Source: Candidatus Eiseniibacteriota bacterium
GTDB taxonomy: Bacteria > Eisenbacteria > RBG-16-71-46
Length of the DNA: 40,088 nt
Assembly (NCBI GenBank): GCA_044222365.1
Contig: JBGANH010000002.1
Coordinates: 1 to 40,088 of the forward strand
Reading direction: 5' to 3'
Of the stretch, positions 29,418-37,076 are shown one piece after another. A program made the translations under genes and the position numbers. The notes beneath the pieces are model-generated. The model had not been told where the DNA came from, made no database searches, and worked only from the letters and a program-made list of their open reading frames with translations. How positions within the stretch are numbered: the first letter of the stretch is position 1; each line of letters begins with the position of its first letter.

Positions 29418-29489
29418 TTCCCACGGCAGGCGGCGCCCGACCTCCGATCGGTACACGGTCCGGTTCGTCGATCGAACGATCGTGCGGAT

Positions 29490-29662
29490 CACGCTTCGTC
29501 CTGGGAGCGTGACGCCGTCTCGACGCGTGCGTTCGCGCGAATGCGGTGACGCCCGGCATCGTCCTGGATGCCGCGGTGACTCACCCGGATCCGCGGAGGA
29601 GGAGATCCCCCGGTGCTTCGCGCTCTCGACGTGGCGCGGATGCACTTCGTCCTGGGGGTGCA
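29490..29662. ncRNA. candidate structured RNA or protein-binding array: three hairpins sharing the loop TCGTCCTGG (strand undetermined)
   Basis: Hairpins at 29490-29511 (stem CACGCT/AGCGTG), 29554-29573 (CGGCATC/GATGCCG) and 29641-29662 (TGCAC/GTGCA). Each displays TCGTCCTGG (29496-29504, 29559-29567, 29647-29655) in or spanning the loop. The region lies in a roughly 420-bp gap between convergent genes. Confidence 0.3.
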
Positions 29663-29774
29663 ACCCGAACCACGAGAGGCGCGATCGCACGCGCCGCGGC
29701 GCCCGGAGCGGGCGCCCGCCGATGGGCGTCGTGGCCGGGGGAGACCCGCGCGACCGACGGAACGTATGACGAGC

Positions 29775-29814
29775 GGGGGCGGTGCGTACGGCGATGGCCG
29801 TACACACCGCCCCC
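29775..29814 (-). terminator. terminator-like hairpin after the UshA-like gene
   Basis: 18-bp arms GGGGGCGGTGCGTACGGC / GCCGTACACACCGCCCCC with one mismatch, loop GATG. Begins 24 nt beyond the stop at 29838. Confidence 0.55.
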
Positions 29815-29837
29815 GATGCGTTGTCCCGATGTGGAGG

Positions 29838-30854
29838 CTAGCGAGCCGCGTCGCTCGCGCCCGAACTCGCGCGGCCCGGGTGCTCGCGTTCCCAGCGCTG
29901 CTTGCGCTCGGCGAACGCGTCCTCGAACGCCTTCACGCGCGCCATCGTGGAAGGCTTGTCCGGAATGTTCGGCGAGAGGGCGACAGTGATCGCGTCGGCG
30001 GAGTCGACGCGCTGGCCGGCGCCGAGCGACAGCGTGCTGACGCCGACGTAGTGCCCCTGCTCACCGCCATAGACGGCGAGCGTGCGCTTGACGAGGCGCC
30101 CCTTCTGCAGCACCGGAACGTTGCGCCCAACGATCAGAAGGTCGACGCCGTCGACCGCCGTGACGAGGTCCTCGCTCTCGACCTTGCCGAGACTCGAGAG
30201 CAGCACGATCACCCGGGCTCCCTTGCCGCGCAGCTCCGCGATGGTCGCTCGCGCCGCGGCCGCAGGCTCGTCGACCTGGAGCGAATCCGCCGCGGGGCCG
30301 AGCGCGACCTTGTCCGAGATGAGGGCGAACACGCCGACGTCGAGGTCGCCCGTGCGAACGATGCGACAGGCGGGGAAGACGAGCCGGCCGCTCGAACGCT
30401 CGCGCAGGTTGGCGCACACGACGGGCAGCTTCGTCCGGCCGACCACGGTCTGCAGCGCGGCGAGGCCGTACGCGAGTTCGCGTTCGCTCACGCCCGCGGC
30501 CGCCACGCCCGCGATGGACATCTCCGCCGCGACGAACGTCGTCGCGTCGCGCTGGACGGATTCGGAGTCGGCGGCCCAGCCGCCGCCGTCGACGAGCAGC
30601 GTCTGCCCGTAGATCGTGGCGAGGCTGTCCATGAACGCTTCGCGCCGCGCGAATCCGCCCTTGGGCACGTGGCAGCCGCACGGGCTCGTCTTGCCCTTGA
30701 CGTCGACGGTGGAGACGACGACGAGGCGATCGGGCTGCAGGACGTCGCTGCGGGGCTTCGAACCGGCGGACGAGGGAAGCGGGCACGTGGAGGCGAGCAC
30801 GAGGGCGGCCACGAGCGGGCGAGGGAAGCGGAGGGTGCGGAGGATGGCGTTCAT
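29838..30854 (-). CDS. UshA/5'-nucleotidase-like metallophosphatase-fold protein with degenerate metal ligands and a PCGCH insert (probable pseudoenzyme)
   Basis: Collinear with the UshA N-domain blocks, but ligands are replaced: VSTVDVKG for NDxHG, VDGGG for GGD, GVSEREL for GNHEFD, LLSSLG for THMG, IVGRN for VGGHS. Signal peptide present. Start is ATG 30854 or GTG 30860. Confidence 0.6.
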   Translation of the reverse strand: MNAILRTLRFPRPLVAALVLASTCPLPSSAGSKPRSDVLQPDRLVVVSTVDVKGKTSPCGCHVPKGGFARREAFMDSLATIYGQTLLVDGGGWAADSESVQRDATTFVAAEMSIAGVAAAGVSERELAYGLAALQTVVGRTKLPVVCANLRERSSGRLVFPACRIVRTGDLDVGVFALISDKVALGPAADSLQVDEPAAAARATIAELRGKGARVIVLLSSLGKVESEDLVTAVDGVDLLIVGRNVPVLQKGRLVKRTLAVYGGEQGHYVGVSTLSLGAGQRVDSADAITVALSPNIPDKPSTMARVKAFEDAFAERKQRWEREHPGRASSGASDAAR

Positions 30855-31164
30855 GCGCACGAGTTTCGCCGAGCCCCGCGACGCCCTGCAAGCGTCTCGC
30901 GAGTCGGCCGTGCAACGTGCACGTCAAGATCGGGCCGTCCCGGAACCGCCGCCCGAAAGCGGTGTATCGCTTCGCGCGTCCACGCACCTGTACCGCGAAA
31001 GGGGGGCCGACGGCGCGACTCCTGCTCGCGACTGTGCGAGATTGTCGATCGCGAACTCCGATGCCTCTCCACCAGCCTCCAGAGGCGGGCCCCACGCTCC
31101 GCGATCGGATCGCCGGTGACCACGTCGCTTCGTCCACGTTCCCATTCCCGAGGTGAACCTGCCC

Positions 31165-31665
31165 ATGCTTCGCCGCCTCATCGTGCGCACCCTCGCCGCG
31201 GCCGTGCTGGGGCTCGCGCTCGCCGCCGTTCCGCTCCACGCTGCCGCGCCGGAGCCAGCGCCGGCGCTCACGGTGCGCACCGCGCGCGGGGACGTTTCGC
31301 TGGAGTCGCTGAAGGGCAAGGTCGTCGTGCTCGACTTCTGGGCGTCGTGGTGCGCACCCTGTCATCAGTCCTTCCCCTGGCTCGACGCGCTCCAGAAGAA
31401 GTACGCCGACCAGGGCCTCGTCGTGCTGGCGGTCGACGTGGACAAGGACTCCGATCTGGCCGACCGCTTCGTGGCCCGGCATCCGGTGTCGTTCACGATC
31501 GGCTACGACCCCGCGGGCCGAGCCGCGAGTGCGATGAAGGTCTCGGGCATGCCCTCGACGTTCGTGATCGACCGCACCGGCACGGTGCGGATGCGCCACG
31601 TCGGATTCGACGCCAAGAAGACGAAGCCGCTCCAGAACGCCATCGAGGAGGCACTCCGCCCATGA
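31165..31665 (+). CDS. TlpA-family periplasmic thioredoxin-like disulfide reductase
   Basis: ATG 31165 after GAGGTGA. Signal peptide. Active site FWASWCAPC. The MPSTFVID strand is typical of TlpA/ResA proteins. Confidence 0.88.
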   Translation: MLRRLIVRTLAAAVLGLALAAVPLHAAAPEPAPALTVRTARGDVSLESLKGKVVVLDFWASWCAPCHQSFPWLDALQKKYADQGLVVLAVDVDKDSDLADRFVARHPVSFTIGYDPAGRAASAMKVSGMPSTFVIDRTGTVRMRHVGFDAKKTKPLQNAIEEALRP

Positions 31666-31910
31666 CGCCGATCCTCCCTTCGCACCGTCGCGCGCTCCTC
31701 GTCGCGGTCGCCGCAGTCGCGGTCGCCGCGCTCGCATCGGGCTGCGCGGCGATGGTCGTCCATCCCTGGGATCACGACCTGCTCGCCGAGAAGAAGATGA
31801 GCTTCACTCCCAATCCGCTCGAGACGGCAATGGACATGCACATCTACTTCAGCAAGGAAGGCTCGACCGGCGGACAGGACGTCGGGGGAGGAGGCTGCGG
31901 ATGCAACTGA
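31662..31910 (+). CDS. DUF4266-type small lipoprotein with C-terminal GGGGCGCN
   Basis: ATGA overlap with the tlpA stop. Lipobox LASGC. 82 aa ending in a Gly-rich CGC motif. Confidence 0.78.
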   Translation: MTPILPSHRRALLVAVAAVAVAALASGCAAMVVHPWDHDLLAEKKMSFTPNPLETAMDMHIYFSKEGSTGGQDVGGGGCGCN

Positions 31911-33178
31911 CCTCCGGCGCCCCGGTGCCCGTGCTGCGCGCGCGACTGCGCGCCGCGACCTGCGTCCTGCTGGCGGCGGGCGCCCCCGCGGCGGCCCACG
32001 CCGAGGGCGCGGCGCCCGCGTGGCAGTTCGACGGCTCGACGCTCGTCTACGCGGAGCGGTCGCGGACGCAGATCGTCGAGCCGGTCGCGAGGATCACGCG
32101 GATGTTCTCGGGCGGGCAGAGTCTCTCGGCCCAGTTCGCGCTCGACGCGATGAGCGGCGCCTCGCCGAGCGGTGCGCAGCCCTCGGGCCAGGTGCAGACG
32201 ACCACGTCGGCTTCCGGCACGCCCGACGACGCACGCAGCCAACGAGGTGCCGACTGACCCTTCCACGATTTCCGCAGCGCGTTCGACCTGTCGTACGCGC
32301 AGCCGGTCGGTTTCGCCACGTTCACGACTGGCGGGCACTTCTCGCACGAACGCGATTACCGCTCGCTGGGTGTGCACGAATCGGTGTCGCTCGACCTCAT
32401 GCACCACCTGACGACCGTGACGCTCGGCGGCGGCGTGAACCGCGACCACGTCGTGCCGATCGGCGGCGTGCGCGTCGGACTGACCGACGGCACGCTGTAC
32501 GAGAGCGGCTCGAGCCGCTCGAAGAACGTCACCGACGGACTCGTCGGCGTCTCGCGCGTGCTCACGCGCCGCTGGATGGTGTCGATGAATGCCGCGCGCA
32601 CACACGAGCAGGGTTACCTGACCGAGCCCTACAAGATCGTCAGCCTGATCGACGCGACGGGCTACCCGATCCCGGAAAGCCTGCTCACCGAGAAGCGTCC
32701 GTCGACGCGCAACCGGAACAGCGTGGTGGGCAGCTCGGTCTTCCACTTCGCGAAGGACGTGCTCTACACCACCTATCGCTACTACTGGGACGACTGGGGC
32801 GTGCGCTCGCACACGGTCGATTTCAAGTACCGCCAGGAGCTCCCCGAGCACGACTGGCTGCAGCCGCACGTCCGCTACTACCAGCAGACGCCGGCCGACT
32901 TCTTCACCTTCGGCCTGCCGCTCACGCAGCCAGTCTCGCAGCGGCCGAAGTACGCCACGAGCGACCTGCGCCTCGGCCCGCTGCGCACCCTCACGCTCGG
33001 CGCGTCGTACGGCTTCCGCTGGCCGGACCTTCCGGGCGACTTCAGCCTGCGCGGCGAGTACCTGCGTCAGTGGGGCGACGGACATCCGTCGTACGCGATC
33101 GGCGCGCAGCGAACGCTCGACCTGTTCCCGCCCGAAGACGTCTTCACGGTCACGGTCGGCTACTCCGTGCCGTTCTGA
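31901..33178 (+). pseudogene. DUF3570-type outer-membrane beta-barrel protein interrupted by an in-frame TGA at 32255-32257
   Basis: Two tracked ORFs (31901-32257 and 32372-33178) are in the same frame. Protein-like sequence reads straight across the stop (..GAD*PFHDFRSAFDLSYAQPVGF..). Signal peptide at the N-terminus and a barrel-type C-terminus ..VGYSVPF. The start overlaps DUF4266 by 10 nt. Confidence 0.7.
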
Positions 33179-33186
33179 GGCCGCCC

Positions 33187-34107
33187 GTGGCGTCGCGCGA
33201 TCCGCAACCGACGCGCCCCGAGACGGGCGCGTCGGTCGCGCGCGCTGGGAATCATTTCGTCGGGCGATTCGCGGCGCTGGGCGGCCCGTGCGAGTTGCTC
33301 GTCGACACCGACGACCGCGCCGAGGCCCTGGAGCTGGTGGACCTCGCGCGCGAGGAGGCGCTCCGCATCGAGGAGAAGTTCGGGCGCTACCGTCCCGTGG
33401 GCGTCGTGCACCGCATCAATCACGCGGAGGGCGCGACGCTCGAGGTCGACGACGAGACCGCGGCGCTGATCGACTACGCCGCGCTCTGCCACGAGATGTC
33501 GGAGGGACGCTTCGACGTGACGTCGGGCGTGCTGCGGCGCGTCTGGCACTTCGACGGCCGCGAGGCAGAGCCGGACGAAGCGGCGCTCCGCGCCGCGCTC
33601 GCGCGCGTGGGCTGGTCGCGGGTGCGCTGGGAGCGCCCGCACCTGACGCTGCCCGCCGGCATGGAGATCGACCTCGGCGGGCTCGGCAAGGAGTACGCCG
33701 TCGATCGCGCCGCCGCGCGCGTCGCCGAACGGGCGTCGGCACCGTTCCTCGTCAACTTCGGCGGCGACCTCGTCGCCCACGCGCCGCGACGCGGCGGCGT
33801 GCCGTGGGCCGTCGGCATCGACGATCCGGGACACACGGGCGAGGCGGTGCTCTACCGCGTCGATCTCGCGCGGGGCGGTCTGGCCACGAGCGGTGACGCG
33901 CGCCGCTTCGTGACCGTGCGCGGCCGGCGGCTCGGCCACATCCTCGATCCCCGCACGGGCTGGCCGGTCGAAGGCGCGCCGCGCTCGATCACCGTGCTCG
34001 CCGCGAACTGCCTCGAAGCGGGCACGCTCGCGACGATGGCGATTCTGCGCGGCGAGAACGCCGCGGCGTTCCTGCGCGAGCAGGGCGTCGAGCACCGCAT
34101 CGCTTGA
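33187..34107 (+). CDS. apbE: FAD:protein FMN transferase (ApbE family)
   Basis: GTG 33187 after GAGG. ApbE motifs GGLGKEYAVDRAA, FLVNFGGD, LATSGD, GHILDPRTG. No obvious signal peptide or lipobox. Confidence 0.88.
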   Translation: MASRDPQPTRPETGASVARAGNHFVGRFAALGGPCELLVDTDDRAEALELVDLAREEALRIEEKFGRYRPVGVVHRINHAEGATLEVDDETAALIDYAALCHEMSEGRFDVTSGVLRRVWHFDGREAEPDEAALRAALARVGWSRVRWERPHLTLPAGMEIDLGGLGKEYAVDRAAARVAERASAPFLVNFGGDLVAHAPRRGGVPWAVGIDDPGHTGEAVLYRVDLARGGLATSGDARRFVTVRGRRLGHILDPRTGWPVEGAPRSITVLAANCLEAGTLATMAILRGENAAAFLREQGVEHRIA

Positions 34108-34123
34108 CCGGCCGTAACGCGAA

Positions 34124-34152
34124 GCGGCCGGCACGCCACGCGTGCCGGCCGC
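34124..34152. terminator. bidirectional terminator hairpin between apbE and the convergent coiled-coil gene
   Basis: 13-bp perfect stem GCGGCCGGCACGC / GCGTGCCGGCCGC with loop CAC. Confidence 0.65.
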
Positions 34153-34167
34153 CCTCGCGGAGTCGGG

Positions 34168-35043
34168 CTACGACTGGCGCAGGATGACGACGTGCTTGAC
34201 GGTGCGGAACGCCGGCGGGTCGAGGATGCGCAGTTCGAGCCCCTTACCGGCGGGCACCAGCGAATAGCTCGCCGCGGGCTGTGCGCTCAGGACGCGGGCA
34301 CGCGCCGACGGGATCGGGATGACCGTCTGGGCGTCGGTGTCGATCGCGGTGAACACGCTGTCGGCGATCGACGACGAAGGCACCAGCGTGCTGCCCAGCC
34401 CGAGGAAGCCACCGGTCGCGACCGCGGCACCGGAGCGCGTCAAGCCCTGCTTGTCGCCGATCACGTAGAAGACCGTGCCCATCTCGCGGCGCTGCTCCTC
34501 GATCGTCTGCTCGCGCAGTTGCACCGTCTCGTTCGCCGTCTCCACCTGCGTCGTGAGCCCGGCGACCGCCGTGTGCAGCGAATCCACCTGATTGGTGAGC
34601 GACGCGATGATGGACTCCTTGGCCGCGATGTCGCGCCGCAGGCCCTGGATCACGCGCTCGAGGCCGGCGATCTTGACACCGTTCAGGCGCGCGCGGTTCT
34701 CGAGGTCACGCAGGCGCAGCTTGGTCCGCTCGATGCCGGCCTTCAGCAGCGCGATGCGGTCGAGCGCTTCGCGGCCGCGCAGCACCGACAGGCCGCGCTC
34801 GGTCCCGGGCGAGCCGGGCAGGAGCGGCCGCGTGGCCTCCGAGACGCCCAGCGTGGCGAGGCTGTCCTGGATTTCGGCGATGGCGCTCAACGCGTCGCCG
34901 TAGCGCAACTGCGTCGCGTCCTGCGTGGACTTCACGCTCTGGTAGCTGGCCTCCATCGTGCGGTACTTCTGCCAGAACATGACGGTGGCCGCGAGCAGCA
35001 GCACGACGAGTGCGGTGAGGGTGAGGGGAACGACCTTGTTCAT
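34168..35043 (-). CDS. membrane-anchored coiled-coil protein with a conserved C-terminal globular domain
   Basis: ATG 35043 after AAGGAGA. One N-terminal TM helix VVPLTLTALVVLLLAATVMFW. About 170 aa of heptad-like sequence (LRLRDLENR, IQGLRRDIAAKE, VDSLHTAVAGL). C-terminal FYVIGDKQGL...ILDPPAFRTVKHVVIL. Confidence 0.7.
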   Translation of the reverse strand: MNKVVPLTLTALVVLLLAATVMFWQKYRTMEASYQSVKSTQDATQLRYGDALSAIAEIQDSLATLGVSEATRPLLPGSPGTERGLSVLRGREALDRIALLKAGIERTKLRLRDLENRARLNGVKIAGLERVIQGLRRDIAAKESIIASLTNQVDSLHTAVAGLTTQVETANETVQLREQTIEEQRREMGTVFYVIGDKQGLTRSGAAVATGGFLGLGSTLVPSSSIADSVFTAIDTDAQTVIPIPSARARVLSAQPAASYSLVPAGKGLELRILDPPAFRTVKHVVILRQS

Positions 35044-35171
35044 GTCCACGTCTCCTTTTCGACGGGGCCTTCGCTCCGGGGAGGTGCGGAGGTGCGATGC
35101 GCGCATGGTACACCGAAGCGCGCCTCCGGGTTCGCCGCGCGTGGCCCCGGTGGTGCCCGACGGCAAAAGCG

Positions 35172-35199
35172 AGGGGCGAGGTCCGTGGACCCCGCCCCT
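35172..35199 (-). terminator. Rho-independent-type terminator after the lipoprotein gene
   Basis: AGGGGCG(A)GGTCC..GGACC(C)CGCCCCT hairpin, followed on the minus strand by CGCTTTTGCCG. Confidence 0.6.
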
Positions 35200-35236
35200 G
35201 GCTCTGCCCGTCGCCCCGGCCTGCGCCGGGCCGCCG

Positions 35237-35875
35237 TCACTTGCTCGTCAGCGTCTTCGTCTTGACCTTGCCGACGACGTTCATCGTCAGACGGATTTCG
35301 TAGTCGAAGTTCGTCGAGCCGCCGCCCGCCGCCGTACCCGTCGCGTCGTACGCCAGGTAGTGCGTGGCCGCGGTGTGCGACTTGAGCTCGCCCAGCAGCG
35401 TGGCCAGCGTGTTGTTGATCAGCGTCACGCCCGCGGGCGTCAGAGCCACGTTCGTCCAGGGCGTCACCGCGCCCGCGCCGCCCGTGAAGCTCGAGATCAG
35501 CGTGGTGCCGGGCGTGATGCTCGACGTGCTGCCGAAACCGATGCGGATCGAGCCGTTGATGGTGCGGGCCGCGACCGGATCCGGCGTCGTGACGCGGTAG
35601 TCGACCTTCTGCAGCGAGATCGACACGAGGCTGTCCAGTTCGATGCCGGCGTCGTCGATGGCCGACAGGATGTCGGACGTCGGGATGAGCGTGGACGTCG
35701 GGTTACTCGTCAGCACGTTCGTCGAACCGCTGGCGTGCAGCTGCGTCGTCACGGAGTTCGTGACCACGAGCTCGACCATGCGGTCCTCGATCGTGGGTGT
35801 CAGGATGCAGCCGCTGGCGAGAAACTGCACCGCGACGAGCGCGGCGAGGGCGAGACCAAAGCGATGGATGCGCAT
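35237..35875 (-). CDS. hypothetical lipoprotein (Thr/Ser-rich)
   Basis: ATG 35875 lies 6 nt after GGAGG. Lipobox FLASGC. 212 aa with no recognisable catalytic motif. Confidence 0.7.
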   Translation of the reverse strand: MRIHRFGLALAALVAVQFLASGCILTPTIEDRMVELVVTNSVTTQLHASGSTNVLTSNPTSTLIPTSDILSAIDDAGIELDSLVSISLQKVDYRVTTPDPVAARTINGSIRIGFGSTSSITPGTTLISSFTGGAGAVTPWTNVALTPAGVTLINNTLATLLGELKSHTAATHYLAYDATGTAAGGGSTNFDYEIRLTMNVVGKVKTKTLTSK

Positions 35876-35885
35876 CGTCGTCCTC

Positions 35886-36785
35886 CTAGAGACCCAGGCT
35901 CAGGCCGAGGGCCGCGCCGGTGTACGCTGCCTTGAACCACTCCGCGTGGAGCTTCACGACCGCCAGCGAGACCTGCGCGCCGATGGCCGCATGAACGTTG
36001 CTCTCGCCGTCCGGGTGCACCGAGATCTTCTCGCCGGAGCCGTCGGTGAGCGTGTAGGCGATGTCCATCTTGCACGTGTCGAAGCCGAGCGAAGCATACG
36101 GCTCGAACTGGAACAGGCCGCCGAGCTTCTTGCTGCCCGTGACGTCGAAGTGCGTCGTCTTCACCTTCACGAGGTCGTCGCCGACCTTGAGCGTCTGGTA
36201 GAAGCCACCGACCGCGACGTCGACCGGCATGTGGACGTACTGCGAGATCGAGTGCTGTGCACCGAAGCCCACGAGGTCGATCTTGCCGTAGTCGGTGTCA
36301 CCGAGCTTGCTCGAGAACCAGCGCACCGTGGCGCGCGTCCCGGCGAAATCACCCACCGTCAGTTCCGGCACGGGCAGGTAGAAGAGCGTCGCGTCGAGAC
36401 CACCGGGATAGACCGGCGTGTACCCGAGGCCGTCCGGCACACCGACCGAACCGGTCGGGCCGATCACCGTCGGCACCTCGGTCGGCGTGTTCGCCGTCGA
36501 GCCGAACGGGTCGGTGGGCATGAACGTGCGGTCCTCGTCCGCGAACTCGGCACCCATGACGTGCACGCCGACGTGGAACGTGAAACCGGACTTCGGCACG
36601 GATCCCGACTGGAAGATGCCCCCGTTCAGCGTCGAGCTGAGGGCCTTGTTCAGCGGCGCCAGGTACCCGGCCGCGTTCGTGCCGGAAAGTGCGCCGAGCT
36701 TCTCGCTCAGGTCCGCCCGGGCCGGGGTCGCGAGCGACAACCCGAGAACCCCGAACAGGGCGAGGACGACTGCGATTCGCTTCAT
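35886..36785 (-). CDS. secreted beta-rich protein, probable outer-membrane protein (unassigned DUF)
   Basis: ATG 36785 (GTG 36794 is an alternative). Signal peptide MKRIAVVLALFGVLGLSLATPARA. Alternating hydrophobic pattern. Its stop codon abuts the SD of the next gene. Confidence 0.65.
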   Translation of the reverse strand: MKRIAVVLALFGVLGLSLATPARADLSEKLGALSGTNAAGYLAPLNKALSSTLNGGIFQSGSVPKSGFTFHVGVHVMGAEFADEDRTFMPTDPFGSTANTPTEVPTVIGPTGSVGVPDGLGYTPVYPGGLDATLFYLPVPELTVGDFAGTRATVRWFSSKLGDTDYGKIDLVGFGAQHSISQYVHMPVDVAVGGFYQTLKVGDDLVKVKTTHFDVTGSKKLGGLFQFEPYASLGFDTCKMDIAYTLTDGSGEKISVHPDGESNVHAAIGAQVSLAVVKLHAEWFKAAYTGAALGLSLGL

Positions 36786-37026
36786 GAATGGCACCTCGTC
36801 GATAGGAGTGGTCCGACTCGGCTAGCCCGCCACCACCGACCCTCGGCGGTTTCAGCGACGCTTGCGACGGCGATCTCGCCGCGGCGCCAGCGCCTCTTGC
36901 GGTGCGAACCCGTGGGTATCGATCGCGCCCGTGGGGGTAGACGTGCGCCCCGAGAGCCTAGTCGTCGGGCTTCTCGCGGGTCAACGGTCTTGTGCGGCTC
37001 CGTCCGAGCCGGCACGGGCAATACGA

Positions 37027-37058
37027 CGCGCCCGGCGTGGCGATCCGCGTCGGGCGCG
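37027..37058 (-). terminator. terminator-like hairpin after the OM barrel gene 37077-37751
   Basis: Stem from 37027-37040 pairing with 37045-37058 (about 14 bp including two G-U pairs), loop CGAT. Confidence 0.5.
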
Positions 37059-37076
37059 ATGTGACGGCGAACGTGG

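Noticed and set aside
29613-29837. GTG start 7 nt after a strong GGAGGAGGAG (29597-29606), which suggests a small plus-strand gene in the intergenic region.
   Set aside because: The ORF runs on for 2.3 kb antisense through well-supported genes. It has an Arg/Pro-rich product with several AT-ending codons, and the purine tract sits in a hairpin loop. It is more likely part of the structured non-coding region.
30700-30720. CGCH in the UshA-like protein as a heme c attachment site.
   Set aside because: The spacing is CXCH, not CXXCH or another known heme-binding variant. It is treated as a CXC thiol/metal motif instead.
32255-32257. The in-frame TGA as selenocysteine or an alternative genetic code.
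   Set aside because: Other genes in the window clearly terminate at TGA (for example the ABC ATPase, tlpA and namA), so the code is standard. I see only a weak 5-bp GCGCG/CGCGC pairing downstream rather than a convincing SECIS. Sec in an OM barrel protein would be unusual. The possibility is kept only as a minor alternative in the finding.
35079-35094. Tandem GAGGTGCG GAGGTGCG in the leader of the coiled-coil gene.
   Set aside because: There are only two 8-nt copies in a GC-rich leader, with no associated structure or partner site. This is too little evidence to call a regulatory element.
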